From Octopus bimaculoides (Eukaryota), in the NCBI RefSeq assembly GCF_001194135.2, contig NC_068984.1, positions 118,691,085 to 118,755,084 of the forward strand: DNA of 64,000 nt, read 5' to 3'. The notes below the pieces were generated by a model. It worked only from the letters and a program-made list of their open reading frames with translations. It searched no databases and was not told the origin of the DNA. This document shows, piece by piece, positions 11,521 through 24,611 of the stretch. Made by a program: the position numbers and the translations under genes. Numbering within the stretch: position 1 is the first letter of the stretch; every line of letters begins with the position of its first letter.

Positions 11521-11929
11521 ACCACACACACACACACACGTATATAGATTGCTTATAGGTATGAGCAGTTAGCATACTCTCGTTTGACTCTGCTTACAAC
11601 GTATTGAGAATGAAAAGATATGTTATTGTTTGGATTAGTGCTGTCCTGTATGCATCTCATGAACTATTATCAGTTTAGCATGCATCAGCAAATAATTTGT
11701 TTTCTGATTTTTTTTTTATAAGCAAGAGCTTGTCTTCTGGTTAGATTCAATGAGCCAAGGAATAGATTTGACTGAGGAAACACAATAAAGATGAAACACT
11801 GTCATGTCTCAAAGTTAGTAACCTTACGTCAATGAATCACACACATTATGAACACACATTGTTTAAAGAGAATGATGATGATCAGAAACAAGAAAGGTAA
11901 TGATGGTGATGAGAAACAAGAAAGGGAAT

Positions 11930-12281
11930 CATCATCATCATCATCATCGTTTAACGTCCGCTTTCCATGCTAGCATGGGTTGGACGATTTGACTGAGGAC
12001 TGGTGAAATCGGATGGCTACACCAGGCTCCAATCTGATTTGGCAGAGTTTCTACAGCTGGATGCCCTTCCTAATGCCAACCACTCAGAGAGTGTAGTGGG
12101 TGCTTTTACGTGTCACCCGCACGAAGGCCAGTCAGGCGGTACTGGCAATGGCCACGCTCAAAATGGTGTATTTTATGTGCCACCCGCACAAGAGCCAGTC
12201 CAGGGGCACTGGCAACAATCTCGCTCGAAAATCCTACGAAGGCCAGTCAGGCGGTACTGGCAACGGCCACGAATGATGATG
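11930..12281 (-). mobile_element. SINE-like family D with (ATG)n tail and tandem approx. 66-bp internal units
   Basis: Minus strand: ggttggcattaggaagggcatccagctgtagaaactctgcc...catgctagcatggaaagcggacgttaaacgatgatg. Same family at 46950-47510 and 54615-54775. Confidence 0.85.
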
Positions 12282-12878
12282 NNNNNNNNNNNNNNNNNNN
12301 NNNNNNNNNNNNNNNNNNNNNNNNNNNNNNNNNNNNNNNNNNNNNNNNNNNNNNNNNNNNNNNNNNNNNNNNNNNNNNNNNNNNNNNNNNNNNNNNNNNN
12401 NNNNNNNNNNNNNNNNNNNNNNNNNNNNNNNNNNNNNNNNNNNNNNNNNNNNNNNNNNNNNNNNNNNNNNNNNNNNNNNNNNNNNNNNNNNNNNNNNNNN
12501 NNNNNNNNNNNNNNNNNNNNNNNNNNNNNNNNNNNNNNNNNNNNNNNNNNNNNNNNNNNNNNNNNNNNNNNNNNNNNNNNNNNNNNNNNNNNNNNNNNNN
12601 NNNNNNNNNNNNNNNNNNNNNNNNNNNNNNNNNNNNNNNNNNNNNNNNNNNNNNNNNNNNNNNNNNNNNNNNNNNNNNNNNNNNNNNNNNNNNNNNNNNN
12701 NNNNNNNNNNNNNNNNNNNNNNNNNNNNNNNNNNNNNNNNNNNNNNNNNNNNNNNNNNNNNNNNNNNNNNNNNNNNNNNNNNNNNNNNNNNNNNNNNNNN
12801 NNNNNNNNNNNNNNNNNNNNNNNNNNNNNNNNNNNNNNNNNNNNNNNNNNNNNNNNNNNNNNNNNNNNNNNNNNNNNN

Positions 12879-12924
<46 letters not shown>

Positions 12925-13014
12925 CATCATCATCATCAGTTAACATCCGTTGTACATACTGGCATGGGTTGAACGGTTTGACCAGGGCTGGTAAACTGGA
13001 AGGCTGCATGTATA

Positions 13015-13677
13015 GGTGTGGTTGTGTGGTAAGAAGTTTGCTTCCTAACCACATGGTTCCAGGTTCAGTCCCACTGCATGGCACCATGGACAAGTGCCTT
13101 CTGTTATAGCCTTGGGCCAGCCAAAGCCTTGTAAATGGATTTGGTAGATGGAAACTGAAAGAAGCCAGTCATGTATNNNNNNNNNNNNNNNNNNNNNNNN
13201 NNNNNNNNNNNNNNNNNNNNNNNNNNNNNNNNNNNNNNNNNNNNNNNNNNNNNNNNNNNNNNNNNNNNNNNNNNNNNNNNNNNNNNNNNNNNNNNNNNNN
13301 NNNNNNNNNNNNNNNNNNNNNNNNNNNNNNNNNNNNNNNNNNNNNNNNNNNNNNNNNNNNNNNNNNNNNNNNNNNNNNNNNNNNNNNNNNNNNNNNNNNN
13401 NNNNNNNNNNNNNNNNNNNNNNNNNNNNNNNNNNNNNNNNNNNNNNNNNNNNNNNNNNNNNNNNNNNNNNNNNNNNNNNNNNNNNNNNNNNNNNNNNNNN
13501 NNNNNNNNNNNNNNNNNNNNNNNNNNNNNNNNNNNNNNNNNNNNNNNNNNNNNNNNNNNNNNNNNNNNNNNNNNNNNNNNNNNNNNNNNNNNNNNNNNNN
13601 NNNNNNNNNNNNNNNNNNNNNNNNNNNNNNNNNNNNNNNNNNNNNNNNNNNNNNNNNNNNNNNNNNNNNNNNNNNNN

Positions 13678-13711
<34 letters not shown>

Positions 13712-13920
13712 TCATACACATATGTTTGTGTTTTTGTGATTGTCCCTGCACTGATCGACTGCAGAATTGGTTTGCTTATATCCCCATAACTTAGCAGTTC
13801 AGCAAAAGAGACCAATAGAATAAGTAGCAGACTTAAAAACAAGTACTGGAGTTGATTTGATTGGTTAAACCCTGCACAGCTGCAGCCAAATGACCGCAAC
13901 TAGTAAAAGATAAAAGATAA
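13015..13920 (+). mobile_element. SINE family A spanning an assembly gap
   Basis: tRNA-like head at approx. 13020-13090, family body, gap, then 3' tail to approx. 13920. Confidence 0.75.
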
Positions 13921-14201
13921 GCAATAACTTGGCTGAGATAAACTGATTTTAAACTGGGGCATGTATTATGCTCACTATGTCAATATACCATCCTCTGATA
14001 ATGTACTTCTACGTAAAGCCAGATTGTTGTTCAGCAACAACAACAGTAGCAAGTATAAGTTATTGAACATGTAATGCATACTGATCATATAACACACAGG
14101 GAAAATCTAATAACACTCATAATTATGGTAGATCATTGTTTTTTTTTTTTAATCCTTCTGTCCATCTTCATCAGTATCATTGCTGCAGCCACTGCCATCA
14201 A

Positions 14202-14234
<33 letters not shown>

Positions 14235-14411
14235 TATTATTATTATTTAATGCCTACTTTTCCGGGTTTGCAGAGATTGGACAATGTTTGTTGAGGCAGT
14301 TTTACAATGCCTAGGCATGATTTCGCTCAGTGTTAGAAATGAATGACACTGCTTGTATGACAGTGACACTCATTTACAACTATCCTGCAATGTCAAGACA
14401 AGGAGACAGAA

Positions 14412-14453
<42 letters not shown>

Positions 14454-14546
14454 AAATATTTATATATATATATGTGTTTGTGTGTGTGTGTGTGTATTAC
14501 ATTTAATATCTATGGTGGTGGTATTACATATGGGTGTATTTAAAGA

Positions 14547-14930
<384 letters not shown>

Positions 14931-15579
14931 GACCTAAATTGCTAAAAGGCATAGTTAACTGTCCCCAATGACTACATGAAACATAATAATGGAACTTCAT
15001 AAACATGAAGAATATAGAAGAGTCAAACATAGCTAACATGATTCTAACATTTCTGTAACAATCCAAATATATTCAGACAGCATCAGATTGCAGCAATACA
15101 TTAAAATATGCCATAAATTACAGTTGTACACATAAAGACATGGTGGTCTGAGAGACAAACACTTCACACACACATATAAGCATACACCCACAGACGTGCA
15201 AACATATACACACATACATTCATATATATCAGAGGGTGTGTGTTGTGTTTGTCATAAGTGCCATTTCTTTGTCCCGTCCTGATATTTATACATATGAAAC
15301 ATGCTATTCTGTTCTTGAATATCACATAATTTTTAGTTAAAAATCTTGCTTGTTGTCTACTAAAAAAGGGACTTGCATCCACTCATTTACATATGTACAC
15401 ACATGTATATGCATGCATGCATGCATGTGTGCACGCACACACACATGCACACACACATAAATACATCATATACATACACATGGACGCACAGACACGTGGA
15501 AATGTAAAACAGGAGCAGGTTTTTCTGACATTAAGTTAGGTTTAATTACACATGCAAAAATATACATAAATATATATAC

Positions 15580-15623
<44 letters not shown>

Positions 15624-15867
15624 ATGAAATATAAAAGGAAAAAGAATACAAAATAATACAATACATTATAAATCTATTTTATGGTAAGTATTGTTGGACA
15701 CCACATGGGAAGAAATTGCTGTTAGTGACAACCAAAGACGCATAAAGGAAGAGGAAATCAGAGGCAGAGAGAGAAAATACTCAATGGCTTTGCTAGCTAA
15801 CCTTAGAAAGACCAGTTCAATAAACTACTAAGTTTTATGGAGGTCTATAACAGCAGACACTTGTAAT

Positions 15868-15902
<35 letters not shown>

Positions 15903-17559
15903 AGAGAGAAAAAGAAGTATTATAGAGTTAGTGAAATCTATAGAGGAACATTTTTGTGCAGTGGACACAATTTTTGAGTTTCACATGCGTTAATGTATAG
16001 TCCCGAGCCAGCTCTGATTGAGCAGACTTGTGATCAATGGCATTCCAGCAGTGACCACCCTGACTTTTTGAGGATATGTAGGACAACATTATCTAATGTG
16101 TCCATTCTTTATTTAAGATGGTAGGGTGTGATTTGAGGGAGATTTGACTGCTATTTCTAGCAAGTCAAATGACCACAGCGAGGTTCACCCTAATTGGGTT
16201 CAGTTATATATGTATGTGTGCATGAATTAGTGTGTGTGTGTGTGTATGTGAGGCGGGGCCTGTATTTTCTTCTCATCAAAGAGTTAACCTAACACAAAAG
16301 CCCCATATCTTACAGACAGGACGGTCATGGCTTCTGCTCACCAATTGAACAATGATGTTTGACCTAAAATGACAGCATCTTCTCAAGAATCCTTGACTTA
16401 TGAACAGAGATAACTGACTGATTCCATGATTTTTATTGGCTATTTTTGTGTAACATGTCTGTTGAAGCTTAACTCTCAAGAAAATTTTAAGAACAACACC
16501 AACTTCAAATAAATTTATCCCTTGTCAAGATAAATGCTCTAAAGAACTTATCCAAATTTATGAAATGTCTAAACGGTAGAGAAATTTCTTTAATATTCAT
16601 TCACACTAAGGGGGAAAGCTGGCAGAACTGTTAGCACAGTGGGCAAAATGTTTAGTGACATTTCATCTGCCTTTACATTCTAAGTTCAAATTCCACTGTG
16701 GTCAACTTTGCTTTTCATTCTTTCAGGGTCAATAAAATAAGTACCAGATGAGTGGTTGCCATTTGGAAGGGCATCCAGCTGTAAAAACCATGCCAAAAAC
16801 TGACCTCGCCTGTAATGGTGCCATATAAAGTACACTCAGCCCACTTTGCAGAGTGGTTGGTTAGGAAGGGCACCCAGCCATAAAAACCCTAGCAAAACAG
16901 ACACAGTAACCTGGGATAGTCTTCTTCCTGGCTGGCTCCTGTGAAACCATCCAACAAATGTCTGCATGGAAGGCGGATGTGAAATGATGATAATGATAAT
17001 GATGATGATGAGTACAAGGGCTCAATATAATCAACTTACCCCCTCCCCTGAAATTGCTGGCCTTGTGCTAAAATTTGAAGTCTATATTTATTCACACTGT
17101 AAACATTTTACATAGTAAGATTCAACATATTTCTAAGATGCTGGGCAATTGAAAATGAAAGTAATAACTACATCCGGATATTATACCCATACCCATCGAC
17201 ATTCTTGCTCTTGAGCAAGGCACATCACAAAACTCTGCTTGGTTCAGTGTGCCTGACTGAACAAGAACAAAAAAATAAATAACAGATTAAGCTTCACTCC
17301 AATTTATGGTTGAATTGTTAGAAATAGGGAATTCAACTGTAAAGACAATTGCTCTAACTGATAAACTATTCTGCTTCTATGCATGCATTGAAAAACCATT
17401 AAAACTGATAATATTGGTTTCGAATTTTGGCACAAAGCCAGCAAGTTTGGGGGAGGAGGTAAGATGATTACATCAACCCCAGTACTCAGCTAATGCTTAT
17501 TTTATTGACCCCCGAAAAGATGCAAAGCAAAGTGAACCTCAGCAGAATTTGAACTCATA

Positions 17560-17793
17560 GAAGGCGGTAAGCTGGCAGAAACGTTAGCACGCCGGGCGAA
17601 ATGCTTAGTGGTATTTCGTCTGCCACTACGTTCTGAGTTCAAATCCCGCCGAGGTCGACTTTGCCTTTTATCCTTTCGGGGTCGATAAATTAAGTACCAG
17701 TTACGCACTGGGGTCGATGTAATCGACTTAATCCCTTTGTCTGTCCTTGTTTGTCCCCTCTATGTTTAGCCCCTTGTGGGCAATAAACAAATA
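17560..17793 (+). mobile_element. Young SINE family B copy nested in an older antisense family B copy
   Basis: 16-bp TSD agaatttgaactcata at 17544-17559 and 17794-17809. The interrupted antisense copy runs approx. 17410-17865. Confidence 0.92.
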
Positions 17794-18249
17794 AGAATTT
17801 GAACTCATAACATGAAGACAGACAAAATGCTGCTAAGCATTTTGCCTGGCCTGCTAACGATTCTGCCAGTCTTACAATCTGAGTACAAATTCCACCAAGG
17901 TGAGCTTTGCTTTTGTCCTTTTGGGGTGGATAAAAGAGGTACCATTTGATTACTGCGGTCAATGTAATTGACTTATATCCCCTCCCCCAAAATTACTGGC
18001 CTTGTGTTAAAATTCGAAATCACTATCAATGCATGAAAATGAAAAATCTAGCTTCCTGGCAGATATTGCAAAACTTCATATTTTCTTAAAATAAGTTTTC
18101 CACACTAAAATATTTCTGGCTTTTGGTATTCATTATGCATTCTTCTATTTTTAAGGAAGGGAGCATTGTTTCCGGGGAAGATTGGAAACAAATGACACTA
18201 CTTCTATTATCACACAATGTCAAGGCAAGGAAGCAGAGAGAGGGAGAGA

Positions 18250-18329
<80 letters not shown>

Positions 18330-18589
18330 CACACACACGTTTGGTTTCTTTCAGTTTCCACCTACCAAATTCACTCACAAGGCTTTGGTCAACTCAGGGC
18401 TCTAATAGAAGACAATTACCAAAGGTGCTTTAGACAGCCATCTTAGAGACCTTTATATGTTAACACAGTATGCTCAACTGCAAACCAAGTTAAATTTATT
18501 ATGTTTATCAAAACTTGATCTGTGATAACACAAATTGGCAATCAGTCGAAAATTCTGCTTAGACTGCAAAAACACACCCAGTGACTACC

Positions 18590-19560
18590 CACAATACTGC
18601 TGTGCATTTTCCTGAGGAATTTTTTAAAGTGATGAATGAGTGTGAATATTTGCCAGTCCAAGTTTTCAATGCAAATAAAACAGACCTTTACTTGAAAAAA
18701 TTGCATGCAAAAAAGTTACATAGCTGAAGAGGAGGCCTGGATACCAAGCTTTAAAGTGACTAAATGTCTGATGACTACAGTTCTGTGATAACAGTACTGA
18801 AGATTATAAAGCTAAACCACTATTTATAGAACATTCTGTCTGATCTCTTCCCTTCAAGATCATCAGCATGATAACTCTCCCTATGCACTGGTGTTTTAAC
18901 CAAAAACAAAGTGGATGACTAAATATGAAGAGTGGTTTATGACCCACTTCCATGTTGAATTGGAAAAAACTGTGCCAGGAAAAATATTTTTTAATGGAAT
19001 TTTTGCTTTAGATAACTGTTCTAGTATTCACAGTGGTTTGTCTAGTACCTAACACCATTTCATTCTTATAGTTCTTAAACCAGGAGATGATGGTTATCTT
19101 TAAGCTTCTCAAATTTATCTTTGAGGGTACACACAAGGCACTGGTGGGCAATAAGGAACTAACTGTGTAGCAATATTGGAAATGACTATGGTGGCAAGCT
19201 GGCCAAATTATTAGCATGCTAGGCAAAATACTTTGTGGTCTTTTCTGCGGCCTTACATTTTGAGTTTAAATCCGCAGTGACTGATTTTGCCTTTCATCCT
19301 TTTGTGGTTGATAAAATAGGTACTAGTTGAATTCTGGAGGTCAATCACATCAATTTACCTCCTCCCACTGAAATGGCTGGCCTTCTGCCAAAACTTGAAA
19401 TCCATATTGGAAATGACTATGTTCTTCAAAATGTTCACTTCATTGGCAAAAGCCAGACATGTTGTAAATCATGTTTGTCTTTTGAATGGATGGCACAAGT
19501 TATTGCCTGACACAGCTCCACCACTTCACTGGTTTTGAAAAGGGTAACATGATTCAAGTC
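18590..19560 (+). mobile_element. Decayed Tigger/pogo (Tc1/mariner superfamily) DDE transposase
   Basis: Frames give HFPEEFLKVMNECEYLPVQVFNANKTDLYLKK, EEWFMTHFHVELEK, ALDNCSS, LVPNTISFL and LNGWHKLLPD...HFTGFE, matching Tigger motifs VFNADETGL, LLLDN, PPNTTS and FTGF. Many stops and frameshifts. Confidence 0.8.
19191..19403 (+). mobile_element. SINE family B inserted in the Tigger fossil
   Basis: 17-18-bp TSD atattggaaatgactat(g) at 19173-19190 and 19404-19421. Confidence 0.9.
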
Positions 19561-19736
19561 CTGAACAGAGCATACATACATACATAAAATAATACATACA
19601 TACATACATAAAATAATGATGGTGACTATGAAAAAAAAAAGGAAAAATTCAATCATCAGGGTAGCACCTTCTCTTATTTCTAGCTATGTAGATGTAACCT
19701 TGCACCTCAGTCACAATTAGTAAGAATTGGATTATA

Positions 19737-19838
<102 letters not shown>

Positions 19839-20704
19839 AGATCTGGGCTACATATAGTGGGCGGAACCTCATATATATATATATGTACACACACACACAC
19901 ACACACATAATTAGAAGGTTGTTTGATATGGCTGGTCAGAGAGTGACCGTTGGCTTCACACCTATTAGGCACTTAGCTATATAGGTGACTTGTCAGACTC
20001 AAATGGCCAGAGGCACATAACCTCTCTCTTTATATATATATAAACACACACATGTATGTGTGTTTAGAGAGAGAGAGAGAGATGGAAATATGTGTAAGAA
20101 TGTATGTGTGTGTAAAGCCTTTATGTGCTAATGTACTTAATTGGAGCTTAATCAAGATTGATTTATAACCTTTTGATTTTCCAAGGCAGCTAAAGCAAAT
20201 ATTGGCAATCTACTTAGTTGTGTAATTAACAAAAAAAAAAAAAAAAAAAAAAAAAAGGACTGACCTCTTCACCCTTAACTGGCAAACAGCCCCCAAAAAA
20301 ACAAAAACAACTAATTTTAGGAGTAGAGCAACAGTAAAGTAAAAGTAATAATAATAATAATGATAAAATATTGTCTATGTGATTCCAAAAACATTTTAAT
20401 CTGTAAACATTATCAAAAGTACTTTTAAGTGTACGTAATAGCAAATACCTTTTGCTCTCATCTTATGATCACACTAACACTATTATCATGTCATCAAATT
20501 ACTTTTAAAACAAACTTAATTTTCTTATGTTTTGATAGACATTCTCTTGAACAATACACTATGCAAAATCAAAAGTATTGCATCCTTGTCATAATGCCGA
20601 GTTGAACATATTTAACTTGTTTTCTCTTGAGGTCTCTGGGTGAGAGACTTGGAGTCAACTTCTACAAATACATAGCAAAAGCCAAACAAAAATAATAACA
20701 ATGA

Positions 20705-21110
20705 TAATCCTTTCTACTATAGGCACAAGGCCTGAAATTTTAGGGGAGGGATTAAGTAGATTACATCAACCCCAGTGCTTCACTAGTACTTAATTTATCA
20801 ACCCTGAAAGAATAAAAGGGGAAGTCGACCTTGGCAGAATTTGAACTCAAGACATAAAGACATGAAATGTCGCTAAGCATTTCCCCCAGCTCGCCGCCTC
20901 ATAATAATTTTTGGTGGAAGGCCAGCAATCAGGGGAGGAGTAAGTCAATTACATCGACCTCAGTACTCAACAGGTACTTATTTTATTGACCTAGAAAGGA
21001 TGAAAGGCAAAGTCAACCTTGGCAGAAATTGAACTCAGAACATAAAGACCGATAAAATTCTGCTAAGCATTTTGCCCAACATGCTAATGATTCTGCTAGC
21101 TCACCACCTT
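20705..21110 (-). mobile_element. Two tandem antisense SINE family B copies
   Basis: Two repeats of ...cccagtactcaa..gtacttattttatcgaccc..aaaggatgaaaggcaaagtcgaccttggcagaatttgaactc... Confidence 0.8.
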
Positions 21111-21159
21111 AATGATAATGATAATAATAGTAATCTTTTGTACTCTAGGCACAAAACTT

Positions 21160-21330
21160 AAGTAAAAAAACTGGAAAAATAATCCAGGTTTCTTATCTGG
21201 TACTGGATCAATCCTAAATTCTAATCAGTTTGTACCAGTCATATGGCCAAAATCACTGAAAGTTTCATTTAAATCCATCCAGCAGTTCTTGAGATATCTT
21301 GTCCACAGAGAAACAACCAAACAAGCACCC
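21160..21330 (-). mobile_element. Helitron/HINE-like repeat fragment
   Basis: Minus strand gtttggttgtttctctgtggacaagatatctcaagaactgctggatggatttaaatgaaactttc, the same style of 5' motif as at 5900-5975. Confidence 0.35.
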
Positions 21331-22269
21331 CATATAACCCCACATGGCTTTTTTCAATTTTTGGAATTTTCAGAAAATGTTTGAGAATTTATGTTCTACA
21401 CACTGGAATTCATACAATTACAATAAAATTTTTGGTATGTGATTTAAGGGCAATTTAGCTGTTGCTTTTAGCACATCAAACCTTTCTCGTTTTTATGTTT
21501 TTATGTTTTTCAATATTTTTCTCCCCATAAACATATTGATGATCCAATGTTAGGATTTAAGCAAAAGAATTCAGACTGTCCATATTCTAAATTCTGATTT
21601 ATTAAAAAAAAATTGGAAAAGGGTTGAAATTTTAGGATTTATTGGGGGGTGGGGGTGAAAGAAATTTTTTTTTAAATAATATTTTTTCTCCTTAATCATA
21701 TGGATTCCCGTGTATAGGAAACAAATTCACGAAAATTCTCTGAAAATCCCAAAAGATAAAAAGGTTATGAGGGATTATATAGGGGTACTTAAACCAGAAT
21801 CCAGCCTATAATGATAGCATATGTATATACATGTAAAATGATATTAATACTAGTAATAACAAGAACAATATTTTGGCAATAGAATGATATGAACATTAAT
21901 GCTTTTTATTGTTTATTTAGTAAACACTCAACTACAATAAATAAGAAAACAAAAAACGACTATATCTTAGTTTTAGTAGAATGGAAGAAAACTATTACAA
22001 ATTCTCTCACCGACTGGTGCAGAGTTTCAACAAAGAAATAACATAAAAATGCAGAATTGGTATGACGAGCTAATGAAAAATATCTCCTGACTGCCAAAGC
22101 ATAGATAATTGCATATATGTGCAGGTGTGTGATTGTGTGCATAGTGAATATATGTAAATAAGTACATTTATACATGTATACAAGTATGTGTGTATCTGTG
22201 TGTGTGTGTGTGTATAGTAGCTGTTTTCTTTGTATACGAGCAAAGCCGTTGCTAGAAAGAATCATTGAA

Positions 22270-22610
22270 ATGAGCCATTGGTGATGCAACGTGAGGCCCT
22301 TGTATGACTGGCCAAAGATTTGCATATTCTATTGCATAATGCACAGCTGTGCTAGCTGGCAGAGGGTGCAGATGCCACAGTATGAACTCTTTTAACATGC
22401 CTTTTCAATCCTCCAACTGAAAGGCACACCTTTCCACAGGCTGCACATGTTCTGTTGTGAACAATAGCCATTTCATAATTTAAAACGGCTTGATTCTTGT
22501 GAGTTCTCTGATGGTTGATAAGGCCTGCATGACTCAAACATTTCCTTCCACGAATCACAGACATAAAAAACAACATTCCCTCATTTTCCACTGTCTGTTT
22601 TGTATGTATG
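22270..22610 (-). mobile_element. 3' end of an RTE-type LINE ORF encoding three degenerate C2H2-type fingers
   Basis: RGRKCLSHAGLINHQRTH, TCAACGKVCLSVGGLKRHVKRVH, then in frame past the TAG at 22352-22354, HSCALCNRICKSLASHTR. The C-x-S-x-x-GL-x-x-H pattern is typical of RTE C-termini. Confidence 0.65.
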
Positions 22611-22619
22611 TATGCGTGC

Positions 22620-22930
22620 ATGCATGCATGCACACACACGACCAAAGCTTTTAGAGTGGATTTGGTAGATGGAAACTGAAAGAAGCCCATCAAATATATA
22701 TAAATGTACATGTATATATCTATGTGTATGCGTCTTTGCGTTTGTGTTAATCCTCCACTATCACTTGCTGCTGTGTTTATGTTCTTGTAACTTAGCAGTT
22801 CAGCAAAAGAGACTGATAGAATAAGTACCAAGCTTATAAAATATAAATAAATACTGGGGTCGATTTATTTGACTAAAAATTCTTCATGGCAGTGCCCCAG
22901 CATGGCCGCAGTCAAATGACTGAAACCAGT

Positions 22931-22935
<5 letters not shown>
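22620..22935 (+). mobile_element. SINE family A, 5'-truncated
   Basis: accaaagcttttagagtggatttggtagatggaaactgaaagaagccc...ccccagcatggccgcagtcaaatgactgaaacc. Confidence 0.85.
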
Positions 22936-23011
<76 letters not shown>

Positions 23012-23461
23012 AATTATCTGGGTAATAACTTCATGATGTGCATTTCAAAGTTCCAATACAGTTATTGGCTCCCATATGCCTTCATACAGCAAGGATATTT
23101 CCTGAGCTGGATAAACATGTGGAATTCCATTAGTGTATAGGATTCATATAAAAATTTATACAAGAAGAAGATAGAAGAATAGACTTTAATTATGAATTAC
23201 ATTTGTTTCTGTGCTGTTGCACAAGCTTTAAGTTGCTGAGTTTTCATTCTCATATCATTACATAAAATTATTTTATAAATAAGTATATAAATAAATATGA
23301 TTCAGCAACTATTATGTGCCAGTACTTCATTGAACAGATTGCTCTTACATCACTGCCGGATGGATCTCTTTGAATTTCCCCTCTTTTATATGCTATTGCA
23401 TAAATATCTTTCTCTCTTTGCTGTGTAGTACATGAGTTCAAGGCCACACAAGTTAAAAATA

Positions 23462-23538
<77 letters not shown>

Positions 23539-24190
23539 GTTGTAGTAAAACAAAAATGAAAACTAAAAATAAAAATGCCAATTACAAAAAAAAGAGACTA
23601 AATTCATTAATGGAAGCAAAAGGAAATATATATAGTTAAAACTTACTTGCAAATGGACGCGTGGCGTTCGATAATATAATAATACAAATGTATGAGCATA
23701 TGCATGTATACATACATATATGTACATACCTACATTTACATGTATATATAGATGCATATCCAGGTACAGGACGTCAAAAAAGGAACGGGAACATAAAGCA
23801 CAAAAAACGGACTTTTTTTACAGACAACAGAATGAACACATAGGAAAACAGACGATCCATTTATGGAACTTTTCCTTCATCAGCTGCCTCTATTCTAAAC
23901 TAGGCATTTCGAAGATGAGGCAGAACACGCTCTTAGAATAGCTCTTCCCATTTAGTGGATTAACCTGCTAAGTGGAGGGTTCCAAGGTAGCAAACAAAAA
24001 CCAAGACAGGAAAAATTAAACAGTGAAAACAACATTAAAGGCCGTAGGGCCATAGGGCCGAATGCGATGAGATATTGAACGCTGTGATGTGATGAAGCTG
24101 AACGGAGAGAGACAGTAGTTTCGTCTTGCCTTTATGCTGGCTGAAGGGAGAAAGGAAGATGTGACCACAAAAATAGACAAACAAATACAT

Positions 24191-24224
<34 letters not shown>

Positions 24225-24248
<24 letters not shown>

Positions 24249-24405
24249 AGCTTCTTTCAGTTTCTGTCTACCAAATCCACTCACAAAGCTTTGGTTGGCC
24301 CGAGGCTATAGCAGAAGACACTTGCCCAAGGTGCCACACAGTGGGACTGAACCTGGAACCATTTGGTTGAGAAGTAAGCTTCTTACCACACAGCCACTCC
24401 TGTGC
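24225..24405 (-). mobile_element. SINE family A, 5' half
   Basis: Reverse complement of the family A head and body. Confidence 0.85.
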
Positions 24406-24546
24406 CTATCATTATTTATAAAATGATTTTATGTAATGATGTGAGAATGAAAACTCAGCAACTTACAACTCATGCAATGGCACAGAAATAAATGTTGAAA
24501 TTTGTAATTAAAGCCATTTTTTTCATCTTCTAAACAGAGAAATAAG

Positions 24547-24611
24547 TAATGGGTGTAAATGCACATTTCAGGAGTTCCTGCGCCTTCTTCAGCGCCACAT
24601 CCCACCCATTA
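24547..24611 (-). ncRNA. Hammerhead-like motif, probably partly decayed
   Basis: Minus strand: CUGAAGA (24586-24592), stem II AGGcG caggaa CUCCU, GAAAU-GUGC-AUU. Distal stem I UAAUGGGUG/CACCCAUUA pairs, proximal stem I is mismatched. Confidence 0.6.

Noticed and set aside
22352-22831. Host C2H2 zinc-finger gene
   Set aside because: The 5' half of the ORF is SINE and microsatellite sequence. The fingers lack TGEKP linkers and match LINE C-terminal fingers.
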